A DNA stretch of 54,075 nt, filler included, from Sluysia triapertura (lineage: Eukaryota): assembly GCA_046118255.1 (NCBI GenBank). It is 4 parts of 4 records of this genome, joined end to end, with 100 filler letters (N's around TTAATTAATTAA, not from the genome) between each part and the next. Parts side by side here need not be neighbours in the genome. Positions count along the whole stretch, not along the records: positions 12,968 to 30,180 come from JBJNIA010190829.1; positions 30,281 to 43,110 come from JBJNIA010079710.1; 2 more parts are not named here. One strand, 5' to 3'. Position numbers and translations under genes: made by a program. Numbering within the stretch: the stretch's first letter is position 1; each line of letters begins with the position of its first letter. The notes beneath the pieces were generated by a model. It had not been told where the DNA came from. It did no database searches and was given only the letters and a program-made list of their open reading frames with translations. Of the stretch, positions 27,076 to 40,440 are shown in pieces.

Positions 27076-27981
27076 GTGCGATATAAATCAAAATTAAAAT
27101 TTTAATAAATTAAAAAACATTTCAGTAAGCTTAAAATAAATATCTTCGTATTAAAACAAACTTAAAATGTCAAAGAATCCAAAACAAATCACAAAAATAA
27201 GATTCGAAAAGTAAAAAATATTTGATTTTAAAATAGAAATCCAAAATTAGTGCAAACCAATACATAAAAGTATATAAATGAATGTATTATAAACGAAAAT
27301 TAAATAATAATAAAATTAAATAAAAACAAAATCACTTAATTAAAGAAAAAATAATGACCATATTATAAAAATTAGCAGAATTATTATATAATGAAGACAA
27401 TATAATGGTAGAAAATGTGGTATCTCTCTACAAAACTTACAATTTTATTGTTTTCAGCATACTAAAAACATTATACAGATTATTTATAATCTCACACATC
27501 AAAATTCTTTCAACTTCTCACTTTACATCACAATTTTTATATTTTATTAAGAATGTATTATGTGAAACTATCGCTGGTTGTCCAAGATGCAAGTCATTCG
27601 ACCATAAATAATCGTTAAAAATTTATTAAACTTTATGTTATAAATAAAATTTTAGAATTTTGTCATAAACATTTATTATACGAACATTTTCGTAAAAATT
27701 TCCTAATCATTTTTCTTCTTAATTTATTCCAAGATAATTATAAAATTTTAATTTCAAATAAATATAATTATTTCTTAATAATTGTTGAACTATTCCCCAA
27801 ATTATTAAATAATTTTTTTAAAAATTAAAAATTATAGCGTAGTATTCTTTAAAATTAAATGTTAAAAATTACATGTTTCCTTTACAATATTATTAAGTAA
27901 GACGTACAATCTACTCCTATAATCATCGTATTTAAACGAATCAGTCATTTTTATTACATAATATTTAAATAAATAACTAAC

Positions 27982-28111
27982 ATTCCTCTTCTTCGTCATC
28001 GTACAATTCATCATAATTAATGCTGCTAGTATTGTTACTAGGAGTTGCTAAACAGACTACTTTATTTGATCCATTCAAATCCTCAGTCTGATTCGTTACT
28101 GATTCTTCCAT
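27982..28111 (-). CDS. OSBPL9: OSBP-related protein 9-like, exon 1 (putative start)
   Basis: MEESVTNQ...INYDELYDDEEEE plus phase-1 GTTAGT donor joins in frame to give EEEELGSVQNH, matching the acidic segment before the ORD in ORP9 proteins. A TTTAG just upstream of the ATG may be an acceptor for a further exon. Confidence 0.75.
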
Positions 28112-30180
28112 TAATCTAAATATATAAATCATTTTAATTATCTCTAATCTTTAATAATTAAATATATTAGTATTTAAAAATTTTATGATAATTAAATAAC
28201 ATTGTTCCACAAGTTCACATTAATGTTATATAACTATATAAAATATAAACTACTACTCTTAAAATATAACATTAAATAAAATCCCAAACTTTGAATTATT
28301 TTAATAATAAAATGTATAAGTCGATTATTCTTATTTTTGATAACTTTAACTTTTATTTATTTTATGTTGCAATTACTTAACATATTCTCTGCCAATTACG
28401 AGTTATCTAGGAGGTAGGAGTTCGTGTTTAGTTTTCCGTAGCGAACGCGTTAAAACATATGCGAATTTTTTTATTCAAATGCTTTTCTACTTGATAATTA
28501 AGTATGACAAGTTCAGATTTGTAAGCGACATGTTAATTTGGCGTTGGACTTGTAAGTCAACAATAGAATGTGATATTTTCATCAACATTTCAGAAAAAGT
28601 TAAAACAAGATAATGGTATTTCACGAAATTCAATTGATGTAATTACTTAGTTACTCGAATTAATTTTGTAGATTCGTTTAATTCAATTATTAAAACTGTT
28701 GACTATCATTTACCATGCGTTCCAATTCACTTAGATATGAAACAGGAAGTTTTAAAGAAATTATTCGATTATTATACAGTATCGGCAAAAAACTTTGTAG
28801 CATGAAACGTAAAAAAAACGTAAGAAATCACTTCATCTTTTTAGCAATTTTCACTTGCGAATATCCTTACTTACCGTAAACAAGAATTATTTCACGTTAT
28901 ACTTCAGTCAGTTCTTTTCTTTCGCTATTATAAACAATTGTTTATACAAAAATGTAATCAATTTTTTAAACTGTCTTTAAATGAAACTAAAACTAAAATA
29001 TTTAGATATTATAATAATATCTAAGACTGTTTAATCTAATAAAATTAAAAATATACCATTTATTTAGTCGAGAGTTTGTTTTATTAGGAATCAAATTTCT
29101 TGAGATAAATCAGAAATTCAAACAAACTGAATAAAACATAGTTATTGAAATAATAGTTTATACTTTAAAATAAAATATTGTATGATAAAAATATTGACAT
29201 TATGCCTTATTGTAGCTTTATCTGTATTAATTTTAAATATGGTATCCTGTTACAAACTTTTTGTAGAAATTGTATTTACTGTAGTACTTCTAGTTACATA
29301 ATATTAAAGATTGTTGAAAATGAACATGTGTTATGGCTCATTTAGTCAATTAGCTGCATAATTTTAGATCAGTTGCCTCAACAAGGTCAGAAGAAGCTGT
29401 ATTTCAAATTCTTCATTTAATGAGTAAAGTTGTTCAGATTCCAGTAACATTAAAAAATAAGTCCTTTAAAAAAAGCCACAAACCCTATTCAATAAGCTGT
29501 ATATATAAATGTTTTAATTTTGACCAAAATGGACATTTCATGAATAATTAATATTCCATGTATATACAAAGAAATTTTTTAAAGACCTGATTGCTATTTT
29601 AATAATATAACTTCTGCTTTGCCTCTAGAAAAGTTTGTCCGCCACGAACTAATAAATTTCAAAATTCTGAATGTTACATCTTTATGATATATTCGATGTT
29701 GTTGATAATATATATGTAACCTCATTTGTTGTGTAGTTGATACTTATTTTCTTTATTCATTATTGAAGAAAACTAGGTCCAAGATAAATGATAATTTTGA
29801 AAAATTCGATCTGCATCCTAAAAGTCATCTAACTTCATTCAATAATTATATACTAGCATTTTTTAACAGCATGTTAAATTTCTATAACTGAATTCATATG
29901 TTAAATACCCATATTCATATATTCAAATCATATTTTTTTATCAAATATTTTTGACTCTTTGAAAAATTTCATTTCGAAATTGCTAAACAGAAACAGGTGG
30001 AGTATGATTAGTATAAATAGAAGTTTACCAGTTATAAATGAATACACATTTATTGACAACATATTTATATGTTAATAATATGTTTATATGTTAATGGAAA
30101 CGCAATATCTCAATGTAAATAATAAATATACTATAAATAATCAATACTATGTAAGTAAAAATCAATAATTAATATTATAT

Positions 30181-30280
30181 NNNNNNNNNNNNNNNNNNNN
30201 NNNNNNNNNNNNNNNNNNNNNNNNTTAATTAATTAANNNNNNNNNNNNNNNNNNNNNNNNNNNNNNNNNNNNNNNNNNNN
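30181..30280. other. Artificial assembly linker (44N-TTAATTAATTAA-44N)
   Basis: Same structure as 12868-12967. Confidence 0.95.
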
Positions 30281-30282
30281 AA

Positions 30283-31479
30283 TCAGAAGATAAACCAATT
30301 ATTTTACGAAACGAATTAATATTTCATACTGGATATCCTAATACAACATATGCATTAGAAATTCCAATTGTGTCGGATAATATTACACCGATAATTGTAG
30401 ATAAGAGTCAAAATTCATTTGATATGGATAGCATGCTTTTTATACGAGATGAAATTAAAGCAATTGTCCAGTCTCTAAAAGGGTTGGAGTTATTCAAGTC
30501 GTTGTAGTACTATCTTCTTTATCCATTTGATATTAAGGAAGATCCCATCAAAATAAATAAAAGAGATTCTATTTCTACTGGTGAAAAATCATTGGAATTT
30601 GAAGGATTATCAGAAAGTGATTACAATGAGCTTCAGGAAGATTCTGAAAAATCAAGTCTAATAAATGGAAAAGATAAAATTCCTGTGGATGATGAAAGTA
30701 ATAACGAAAAACCGACGACATTATATATCAATGGTGAAGATCAAATTTTATCGACAAGCAATGACTACCAACGCAAGATATCAGACCATGGTTCATGTTC
30801 GTTTAATGCAAGCTTATCAGACAATGATGATGCTATGAATCTACTTAGTAATGAAGTATTTGCAAGTGTAAAGATTCACGATATGTTTGATTTTATGAAT
30901 AACCTTGTTAGTATTAATTTCATACATTTATGTGATTGTTATTTAGTTAATAAGCGATTCAGCTGGACCATTCAAGTGCAACAAGGCGATCGATGGAAAA
31001 ATGAGGCCAAATTTGGAGAAACGAAGAATATAATCGATGTCTTAATCACAAATAATTTTAGTGTTCAACTTTTTAAATTGAATTGTCTAATAAAGTATTA
31101 TACCAAGAGTTTTGTACTTATAATTTATTATTTAAATAGTGAGATATTTTGTTTATGTTCAGACAAAATATATAGAAATAAACTAGTTACTAATCTAATT
31201 ATCAAATCGTTTTACAACAATGATAAATTTAAGCAATCCTATAAAATTTCTGAAATAAGCAGATTTAAATATATCAAAATGCTTGATAAAACATTCTTGA
31301 CTTCAAGTCTGATTCCACCTATGAGTATAACTGATCTAGACGGACACGAACTAACTTCCGATGTACGAGATTATCTTACGAAGTTATTACATAAGAATAT
31401 ACTTTCCAGACCAGGCCTTAACTTTAAGCTACATACTAACTATGAGCCCTCAAAACAAACTAAAACTTTAAATTTATAA
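30283..31479 (+). CDS. Orphan ORF of about 398 codons (5'-truncated by the linker) with one internal TAG
   Basis: The frame is open from the segment start to TAA 31477-31479 except for TAG at 30505-30507. An acidic low-complexity stretch is followed by a globular-looking region; no recognisable domain. Confidence 0.5.
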
Positions 31480-31554
31480 ATTAAATTTACTAAATCACCT
31501 TTAAAATGGTGTGTAATATTACTTAATAATTTATGGTGGGGTATTATCCACAAT

Positions 31555-32250
31555 ATGGTGATAATAATGATATTAGTGATAGTAGTAATAGTGATAATAA
31601 TAATGAAATAGTAATGATAATAATAATAATAGTGATGATGATAATGACAACAATAATGATAATAAAAATAATGACAATAGTGATAATATTGATAATAATA
31701 ATCATAATAGTAATAATGATGATAATAATGATAATAGTAATAGTGATAATAATATTAATAGGATAATAATAATAATAATAGTAATGAAAATGATAATAGT
31801 ATAGCGATAATAATAATAATGATAATAATAACGATAATAGTAATAGTGTTAAATATAGTGGTTATATTAATAGCGATGTAGTAATGATAATGGTAATAAT
31901 AATAATAGTAATAATGATAATAATGATAATAGTAATAGTGATAATAATATTAATAGGATAATAATAATAATAATAGTAATAAAAATGAAAATAGTATAGT
32001 GATAATAATGATAATAATAACGATAATAGTAATAGTGATTATATTAATAGCGATGTAGTAATGATAATAGTAGTGACAATAATAATAATAATGATTATAG
32101 TAATGATAATGATAATAATAACGATAATAGTAATAGTGTTAAGAATAGTGATTATATTAATAGCGATGTAGTAATGATAATAGTAATGACAATAATAATA
32201 ATGATTATAGTAATGATAATGATAATAATAATCATAATAGTAATAGTGAT
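31555..32250. repeat. Compound (AAT/GAT/AGT)n low-complexity array with higher-order duplications
   Basis: Blocks such as AATATTAATAGGATAAT...AAAATGA.AATAGTATAG recur at about 31750 and 31945, and ATATTAATAGCGATGTAGTAATGATAA recurs at about 31864, 32041 and 32154. Confidence 0.85.
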
Positions 32251-32608
32251 AAAAGAAAATTTTCCAGAAATGTTTGAAGAAACCATTAGTATCTCTGTGA
32301 AACAAGTTGTAAATGCCCCATGGCCACTGTTCATAATATCATGATATCCCATTCAGAATAAACGAATATCATTAAATTCATTAATAAACGAATATCGAAA
32401 TAAATAATTATTATTATTATAGCAATAAACATAGCAATAATACCATTTCATCTTCACACACCATTTGTACATTTGCTACATAAATTACTTCTAATATCCA
32501 AGAAAACATTGACAAGGGATTAATCTTATTTCATTGTTTATTTGAAAATTATTTTAGTAAATAAATTAGCTACTCACTAAAATAAACAATTCAACTCGTA
32601 ATAATTAC

Positions 32609-32893
32609 CTTTCCATTTCAGCTTTTTCCAAATACTGACTTGCCAATTCATAAGCTTTATCCCATATTCCGGCGTCACCGTACATCTTCACTGTTTCATG
32701 GTAACACTGTCCTTTCAATAAATAATGCTCGGCTCGATCCCACTTTTTCGTATTGGCCATATGTTGACCTAAACTTCGATAAAATTGAACATATTCTTGT
32801 TGTTTGCCACAACCTTCTTGATTATCCAATATTGCAGCTACTTTTTGCCACTGTCGTGCATTTACTGCTGCCGTTAGTGCTTTAGTGTACGAA
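32609..32893 (-). CDS. IFT172: Intraflagellar transport protein 172, internal exon (downstream)
   Basis: TTCAG acceptor; (G)SYTKALTAAVNARQWQKVAAILD...MYGDAGIWDKAYELA; GTAATT donor; joins the upstream exon in phase 2. Confidence 0.9.
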
Positions 32894-33302
32894 CTGAATA
32901 GTAAAATAATCATTTCCGAAAAATAATACAAAAACAACAAGACTAATATACTAGATATAAATTATCTATCTGGGTAATTTATTTGAATTTATTTTATTAT
33001 TTTGATTTTAAGTAAATTATTTTTTTGAGAGAATTCCTCTTTAATTATTTACAGTAGTTCTAAACATTTTGTTTCTTGATTAATTGATGAAAAATAATAA
33101 GTAATTAAAATTTAATAACATTATATCCGATTAAAATCATTTTAAATTATGATTAGAAGTAATTTAATATTAAAATTTAAAAGCATTTTAAATTAAAATT
33201 TCATAATCATTAAAAATTAATATCAAATTTATATCAATATTCATACTAAAAATAAATATTGTATTTAAAATTTGTAAGATTTTAAAGAATAAATTGTTTG
33301 TT

Positions 33303-33360
33303 AAGCACTTCCATCTCGAACAGCTGAGACGAGTATAAGACTCACTATATCAGAGATAAA
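33303..33360 (+). repeat. Short dispersed repeat, copy 2 (see 22407)
   Basis: Aligns with 22407-22465. Confidence 0.55.
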
Positions 33361-33931
33361 TATTTTAAATCGAGTAAAACTTTTAAATAAACTAAGCGAA
33401 TTAATATTAAGTAATTAATACATAATTATTGACACTGATTAGGAACGTATATAGCTAAAAAGAACTCAACGTACAACAATTCTACATAGTATTATAAACA
33501 CATAAACTTTTACATAATTTTTACATACCGTGAAATATTTAAGAAAAAGGTTACGTTGTTCCTGTTTCAGAAATATTATAGTGAATGAGTACATATTTTG
33601 CAATAGATATTATTATATTTATTAATAATATTACACAATTATAAATTAGTTTCTGTTGGGGAGTCCTCTTTTTATTTGACTGTTTATTGGGCTAATAATT
33701 TTCATTTATTCACAGATTTTAGAATTATTTTCGGAAAATAAATAGTTGAATTTTTGTGAAAGCTTCAACCTTGGTTATTATTACTTTATTTTTATTAACT
33801 ATTATTTGTCTCATGCTTTGAATTACTGATAGTCAATAATCCTCTTGGTTATTTACTAAATATTTAACTAATTCTTCTGATAATTACTTTTTAAAATTTC
33901 ATTTTTTATAAATTCTTCATCTTCGACTAAC

Positions 33932-34395
33932 CCACTCTCAATAAAGTGTTGTATTGCGGCATCTGTTTGTTGCATTTTAATTAAATAATTACCCCACTCT
34001 TCTTCTAATCGCAACACGTCACCAGGAAACGAATGTCTCGCCAATTCTACTGCTTTCTGAAAAACGCATCCTTTTCTGTAGCATTTCATAGCTTCATTAG
34101 GATTATCAATGTGTTCATACAACTCACCGGCTTTATCATACAATTCTAAACGCATCAGTGCTTGTGCTATTCGACCTATTAATTCCATATTCGACAATAA
34201 ACCTCGATTAGATATAACAAGTCTGGCTGCTCGAATAGGACTGCCACTTTTTAAATACAAACCAATGGCTTCCAAGTAATTTCCTTCACGTTCTTGAATT
34301 TCACCGGCTTTCCCCAATTGGTTGGTGCTCATTAGCCAATCACTGTAAGATTTACGTAAAGCATTTTCAGTTGATTGACCTTTAAGATGAGCTAC
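33932..34395 (-). CDS. IFT172: Intraflagellar transport protein 172, internal exon (upstream)
   Basis: ATTAG acceptor; VAHLKG..LRKSYSDWLM.T.Q..KAGE..E.EG....AI.LYLKSG.P.RAARL...LYDKAGELYE...CYRKG..F.KAVELAR..FP.DV..LEEEWG.YL....Q.DAAI.HFIE; GTTAGT donor. Confidence 0.94.
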
Positions 34396-34598
34396 CTAAT
34401 ATAAAAATAAAACACTTCTAAATCAGAAATTAAATGAAATAAAGAACATCTTCGAGATACTAAAGATCGAATTTGTTTACCAGAATTCTGACGGATCCAT
34501 TAATTAGCTAACCACATCAAATAATATAAGTCTAACCTTCATTCGCAACAGTTGTTAAGTAAAAACAAAATAAATATAAATTACGAAATGGCAATGTA

Positions 34599-35045
34599 CA
34601 GTGGTGGCCAAATTATTAGACTAAAACAGGAAAAATATGCTATCCTGGCCTGGAAAATCTCCATACATGAATCACACGTGGGAGATTGTCAAAAGGAGAG
34701 TTTCTACCCATAAACAAACAACCATTGAAACTCAGATAAACTTGTGCCTTTAAGGATCAGAAAATTATTGGATAACAAAGGAAGGCAAACAAAGTACTGA
34801 TACAACAGTTTGATTTTTAGTAAATTGTGTCTTATCATTCTACATGAATAAAATTTCTGTATGTTTTGGATCTCAGTATTTTTATCTATTATTTTACTTT
34901 CATCAGAATTTTTTTGAAGGTAGTTATTTTCCAACATTTTACATTTTCCATGACAATGTTTTATACACTTGTATTCATAGTATCCTTGAAAAATCTTGAA
35001 TTTTATCACAAAAATGGTCTTTAGATAATAATTTGGCAACCACTT
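34599..35045. mobile_element. Tc1/mariner-type MITE, copy 2 (inverted relative to 2831-3308)
   Basis: TA-CAGTGGTGGCCAAATTATTAGACTAA at left and degenerate ATAATTTGGCAACCACTT-TA at right; the interior matches copy 1 (e.g. TTCTGATGAAAGTAAAATAATAGATAAAAATACTGAGATCCAAAACATACAG). Confidence 0.85.
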
Positions 35046-35914
35046 TAAACACAATGAATGATATTGATTATACCATGTATTTAATTGTAATTAATTTCTA
35101 ATGTATATTATACAATATGAATAAACAACCAAGATATTAAACAATAATAATTAAAATGAAAATTAACGGAAAATTCAGTAGTTTACTAATTAAAATGAAT
35201 AAAGTTGACTCAGCTAAGTTATGTCTTTATTTGAAAGTATTTATAAATGTAACTCAACAGTAAGATTAATACAAAATCTCAATATATTCTTAATTATCAC
35301 AATAAATTATCAAATACTCTTTTATAACAATATAATCTACTATAACAATTATAAATTACTACCTTATGCACTAAATCTATAAAAATCCAGAGGGGACACA
35401 ACACGATATATGTTGACGCCCGTATTAACAATAATAAAATAACGATAACCTTAACAAAAACAAAAATACTCTTTTTAAAGTTTGATAAATTGCTGAAGTG
35501 TTTATCACAAATGTGTTGAGTCAGAGTCCCTAACGAAAATAAAAGTTTTCCTCCGTTTGTTCAGCTATCTTATTTTATTACAGAAATTTGATTGTTTACA
35601 TATGAATTGGAGAATCACTTAGGAGATTGAAAATTTGAAAAGACGGAAGTTTTTGAGATAATGAATTTTTTAATAATGAGCGCCAACTGAATAGTTTATA
35701 AAGAAATATGGGACATTTTCAGAAATGAATTTTTAATAATGAACAAGAAAAATGCTTGAAATTACAAATTACTTTAGTACTTTTTACATTATTTAATGAT
35801 CATACAGTAACTGTTTATAAATTACATTTCATTTCAATTGTTAATTTTTGAACATTTTTTGAAGATTTCGATTTTGTTAATTTTAAAAAATTTTAAGTTA
35901 TTGTAGATCAAAAA

Positions 35915-36330
35915 ATGCCCATGGTAACTAATCGAAAACCAAAAAGAAAAAGATATTCAGTTGCAGAAAAACAGGCCCTTGCAAATTATAAGATAGAAAA
36001 TAAATTGGTAACGTAGGCATCTCTTGTCAATAAATTTAAGATGCCGGCTGGAACGAAATTGTCAACTACCTGGAGAAGTACAAATCAGAGTATGAAAAGA
36101 TGATTGCGGACAATAAAAGTATCATTTCAAATATAATGACGCACGAAATATATTCGCCCCTGTACGATTAGATGTCAAGAAAGATAAAGTTGAACAATAA
36201 AATAAGAAACTTAATGCTGGAAGAGATGGAACTAAAAATTGTCAAAAAATTAGAACTGGAGAATTTTAAAGCATCCAGCACATGGATATCGAGATTCAAA
36301 ATATCATACGGAATAATGTTTAAATTTTAA
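35915..36330 (+). pseudogene. Tigger/pogo (CENP-B-type) transposase N-terminal relic
   Basis: KRKRYSVAEKQAL...T*ASLVNKFKMP.GT (psq-type HTH), then after a frameshift LYD*M...KKLELENFKASSTWISRFKISYGI (CENP-B HTH, FKAS.GW..RFK.R.GI). Two TAG stops and one frameshift. Confidence 0.8.
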
Positions 36331-38318
36331 AAATTTAACAATTTAAAATAATTTGTTAATATTAATAATAAAAGCTCAATAATTTTATTACATTTTTATC
36401 GTTTAAATAATAAACTCTACAATTTTATTGTCAAGAAATAAAACTTTATACAACTGCTCGGATTTATTATATAATATAAAAAATAAAAGTTCTCAGACAC
36501 AATAGTTGCAAAGTTAACACAAAATTCTTAAAGTCAGCACAAGTTTCTGGAAGTTATAGTATTGGAACATTTTGGTTGCTCAATAAATCAAATTAAATTT
36601 TGGAAAATTCATCGATCGAATCTCGACATCAAGTGGTTATCATCGAAATTGGTAAACATCATAACGATTGTCATTCAATTCATTACTAACAGTGACATTG
36701 GACAATTATTAAATAAAATATATCCATTCAATCGTAAGATTTTTCTTGATAAAATCTGTCCTATAATTTTTAGGATTAATATCTTACGTAAAATTTCATT
36801 AATTATTTTTACAAGCCAAATATTATATCTGGCTCAATCTTAAATTGCCAAAGTAAAATTTTGTGATTAAGTGGAAAAACTTAATTTTTAACTTGTTATT
36901 ATTATTATTATCATCATATTTTGTTTATATTGTTTTTATTTTATTTTATTTTATTTTTATCTTTTAAATAACTAAAAGCTAATTGAGTGTATAAATATTT
37001 TAAAATCAGTTAAGGAAATTATAAATAAGTAAAGATATTTATATCTGTTGGGTGAACGTCTAAAAAAGAGCAGACATTCATTTATAATAATTAAAAAAGA
37101 CATTCAGTTGAAACACTTACTTGTGACTCTATTAAATTATTTGACATTTATAACATTGCCAAGATTAAGGAACTATTTTTCGTAGTATTATCATTAAAGA
37201 AAATCCTGAAGCAGTGTCTTGTTCGCATATAAATCACCGACTTCAGGCGAACACAAGGAAAGCATAATTATATTTGCTAGAATCTATTATTAAAGAAAAA
37301 CACGATAGGAATAACACTTAGGGAATCCCCGTAATTATTGGAAATCATCGTTTAAAAATACATTTAGGGATTTCCCGATTTTTTAAAGATTTTATTTTTT
37401 GACATTTTCTACTGTGCAAGTATAAGTTATTAAATTGTAGTTTGATTTTTTAATTAATAAATTATTAATTTTGTTAATTTAAATTTGAAGATTTAAGAGG
37501 ATAATTAATTGATGATAGATAAAGATTTTAAGATTTAAGGTACTCATATTTAATTTATTTAAGTTTTTAAAACTCTGTTAAGGAATTTGATTTAATTTTA
37601 ATCCATTACTCAAAACGCAACAAATTTTAAAGTGCCCATAGTTATTTTAATTTCAGATTTAGTTTTTAATATATATATTATTTAATTGTTTCTATTTAGA
37701 AAAGTGTAATATTATTCATTTTGGGGTTAGTATTTATATTGATTATGCCTTAAAAATATATTTTTGGGAATATTATTGTTGCATATTTTCAAATTATTAG
37801 CTATGATAAATCAATATTATCTTAATTAGCTTAAAAAGAATCTTAATAATTTTGTAATCACTATATCAAGTATAAATTTTCAGTAATTCTCTTACTTTGA
37901 TAATAATAAGTATTCCCACAAAAATTAAAATCAATAACAATACAGTAATTTACTGTTAAACAAAAATCAAAGTACAAATTATTATTAGTATTACGAATCT
38001 CCACTAAACAAACTAAAAAATGACTAAAATGATAAAATTAATAATAGCGTTTATAATAATATTAAGAATACTACAATATAACTAAAGAAACCAAGAGTGA
38101 CGCAACAGACACTTGTAGATAATAATTTAATGTAAAAATTGTAGATTCAAAATAATTTTTATCTATATTTTAAAAGTTTGAAATAATTATTTATCTTTAT
38201 ATCTTTAACACGTAGTAAAAATTCTACACAAATAAATAGTTTATAACTCAGTGAAAAGAAATTTAAATATTTTAAAAATCTTTTGTGAAGAAGCTTGCTA
38301 TTTGAAATACATAATTTG

Positions 38319-38550
38319 TTGGAATTGAAATTGTTTATTAATTAACTTGGTATTCGAAGACCTCTTTATCTGGAATTGATACTAGAGTGAATTATAAATT
38401 GGATCAGTTGGAATCAAAGAACAATTAATTATCGTTTGAAATCTTGGAATAGTCATTCAAGGAAAAATTATTCATCTATTGGAATTGATATTACTTGGAA
38501 TCGCTACCGAGGAATTTCGATTATTATTGGAAAATTGGAATCAACCTATA
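38319..38550. repeat. Degenerate (TGGAAT) clustered repeat, probably a MITE relic
   Basis: About 10 copies of T(T/C)GGAAT-like motifs within 230 bp. Confidence 0.35.
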
Positions 38551-40048
38551 AAAAATTAACCGTAACCTATTTATGTTAAGATTTATACAGTAATCCACTG
38601 TATCAAAATTAACTTCAAAACACATTAATTTTACACACCCAAGTATTCACCAGGGTTAAAATCATTTTACAATTATATTTTAATTTGTTTAGGAGCAATC
38701 CTAAAGCTATTAAAATAATTTATTGTGAATAATCATAGTTTGATTCAATAAAAATTCATAGAATACGTTACGTATTACATATTTTGTTTTTGATTTTTGA
38801 GTTAATTGTCAAAGAGTTAAAGGATAAAAATATTTGTTAAAATTATAGACCATCCATTGTTAGATAGTGAGGATTCTTTCGTAGTATTGACATATACCAA
38901 TCCTATAACTAAGTCTTCCGTGAGATATAAAACTTAGATTATAGGCGAACCCGTTTTAACGTAGTTTTTTATAATTGTCAGATAAGTTTTTAGATAAAAT
39001 ATGAACAAATTGAACGAGAGATTTGAAAATTGGAACAATAAAATTTTCTACAGCAATACCAACGGATATTAATCTATAGAATTGTTGACCAAAATACATT
39101 TACCAAATATTTGGGGTTTTCTGATTGAAAACATAAAGTACTTCATTTTCCATATTTTTGTTTACTAATGTTTCAAAGAACTTAAGAAGGTAAAGTACGC
39201 ACTAGAATAATTCTCCTAAAATCTACAGAACTTAATACATCTATCGAAATAGAATAAATTGATACCACTCTTTTAAGACAACGATATTTTCATACTAAGT
39301 TCAAATTTGATTGTTCCTGTAAAAATTGGTAAATTCATAAGATATATTAAGGCAAAATGATTAATTCATATAATTTAATATTCTCATTGAACCAAAGAGA
39401 TGTAAGATGTATATAATGTTTCGTAAATAAGTAAAACGTTTAGATGCTGTGTAAAAGTAGATGATGAATGTGCGTTGATATACGTTTCTGATGGAATAAA
39501 ATCATGGGTAATTGTTTGGGCCACCACAATTAAAATGCATATCACATTGGTAATGTGTATTACTTTGTATTATTCAGTTATCTCCACCTTACAAATTAGC
39601 ATTTGTCCGTATTTGTGAGTATTCACTTTTTGAAGATACTAATTTCAAACTTCACCTTGTTGTTTGATGTATTTTGCAGTTATTTTGATATTTATGCAAA
39701 TATTTCTTAAGTATTTTTAAATGTTTTTGATAGTTTTGAGTTATAAGTAGATGGTGACAAATATTTTAATATTATAAAATAAGTGCATTATGATTTTATT
39801 TAAACTGTTTATTTTCAAATTACTTTCAAATTTATTTACATTTATAAATGTACTTAAGAAGAGTGACATCTTTTAAATGCATAAATAGGGTTCTCGCATA
39901 ATAATTTTAATGATAATTAATGTTATTAATATTCCTCACTTATTGGTAAATAGTAATAATTACTTTTTCAATGATGACGGTATTAATTTGAACAATTAAT
40001 TTATAATATTAATTAAAATTATTTTTAAAATTATTTTAAATTATTATT

Positions 40049-40440
40049 ACGACACAGCAACGTAAGTCGTGGACTATAAGTGAATTCGCTAAGTAACTAG
40101 GTAAGCTAAGTCGGTTTCCCGAAAAATACAATCAGCATGTGAAAGTGATGAAATGAAACTCTATATCAACAAGATTTGACAAAGAGGACCACAAGAACTG
40201 TTGAATAAAAAGTCTATTTTTGTGCTTCATCACTTCATATCCATGAAACACATGGCTTGTTTGACAATAATTTCGGAAGTGTCAGTTACATTGTTAGTAT
40301 AATAAGCTTTTCAAGCAAGTCATATGAATGGGTCATATTTTGAGATCATTTTGAAGTCGTTCAAGAAGCTAAGAATTTCAAGGATGGAGTCATCTACAAG
40401 GAAAACGAATAGTCAAAAGTTGTTCACATTTTATATGACT
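40049..40440 (+). pseudogene. pogo/POGK-type DDE transposase relic
   Basis: Frame reading DEMKLYINKI*QRGPQELLNKKSIFVLHHF resembles the pogo W.DE..MKLW...VW.RRP..LL.K.SLLVWD.F motif; multiple stops. Confidence 0.5.

Noticed and set aside
31533-32352. Poly-Ile/Tyr/Asn ORFs (also 26870-27091, 40728-41028, 48631-48906)
   Set aside because: Translations of AAT-type microsatellite or low-complexity DNA.
4322-34395. Genome-wide CUY Leu-to-Ala reassignment driven by the odd tRNA
   Set aside because: CTC/CTT codons sit at conserved Leu positions (OSBPL9 ILSQLR uses CTC twice; Shaker WLL uses CTT), so CUY is still read mainly as Leu.
34704-35054. 116-aa ORF
   Set aside because: Lies within the Tc1-like MITE; the other copy has indels in the same region and no equivalent ORF.
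10984-36330. Stop-codon reassignment or editing suggested by single in-frame TAA/TAG/TGA in several ORFs
   Set aside because: The conserved genes (Shaker, OSBPL9, IFT172) contain no internal stops over about 900 codons. All three stop types occur in the broken ORFs, often with frameshifts, which fits pseudogene decay or sequence error.
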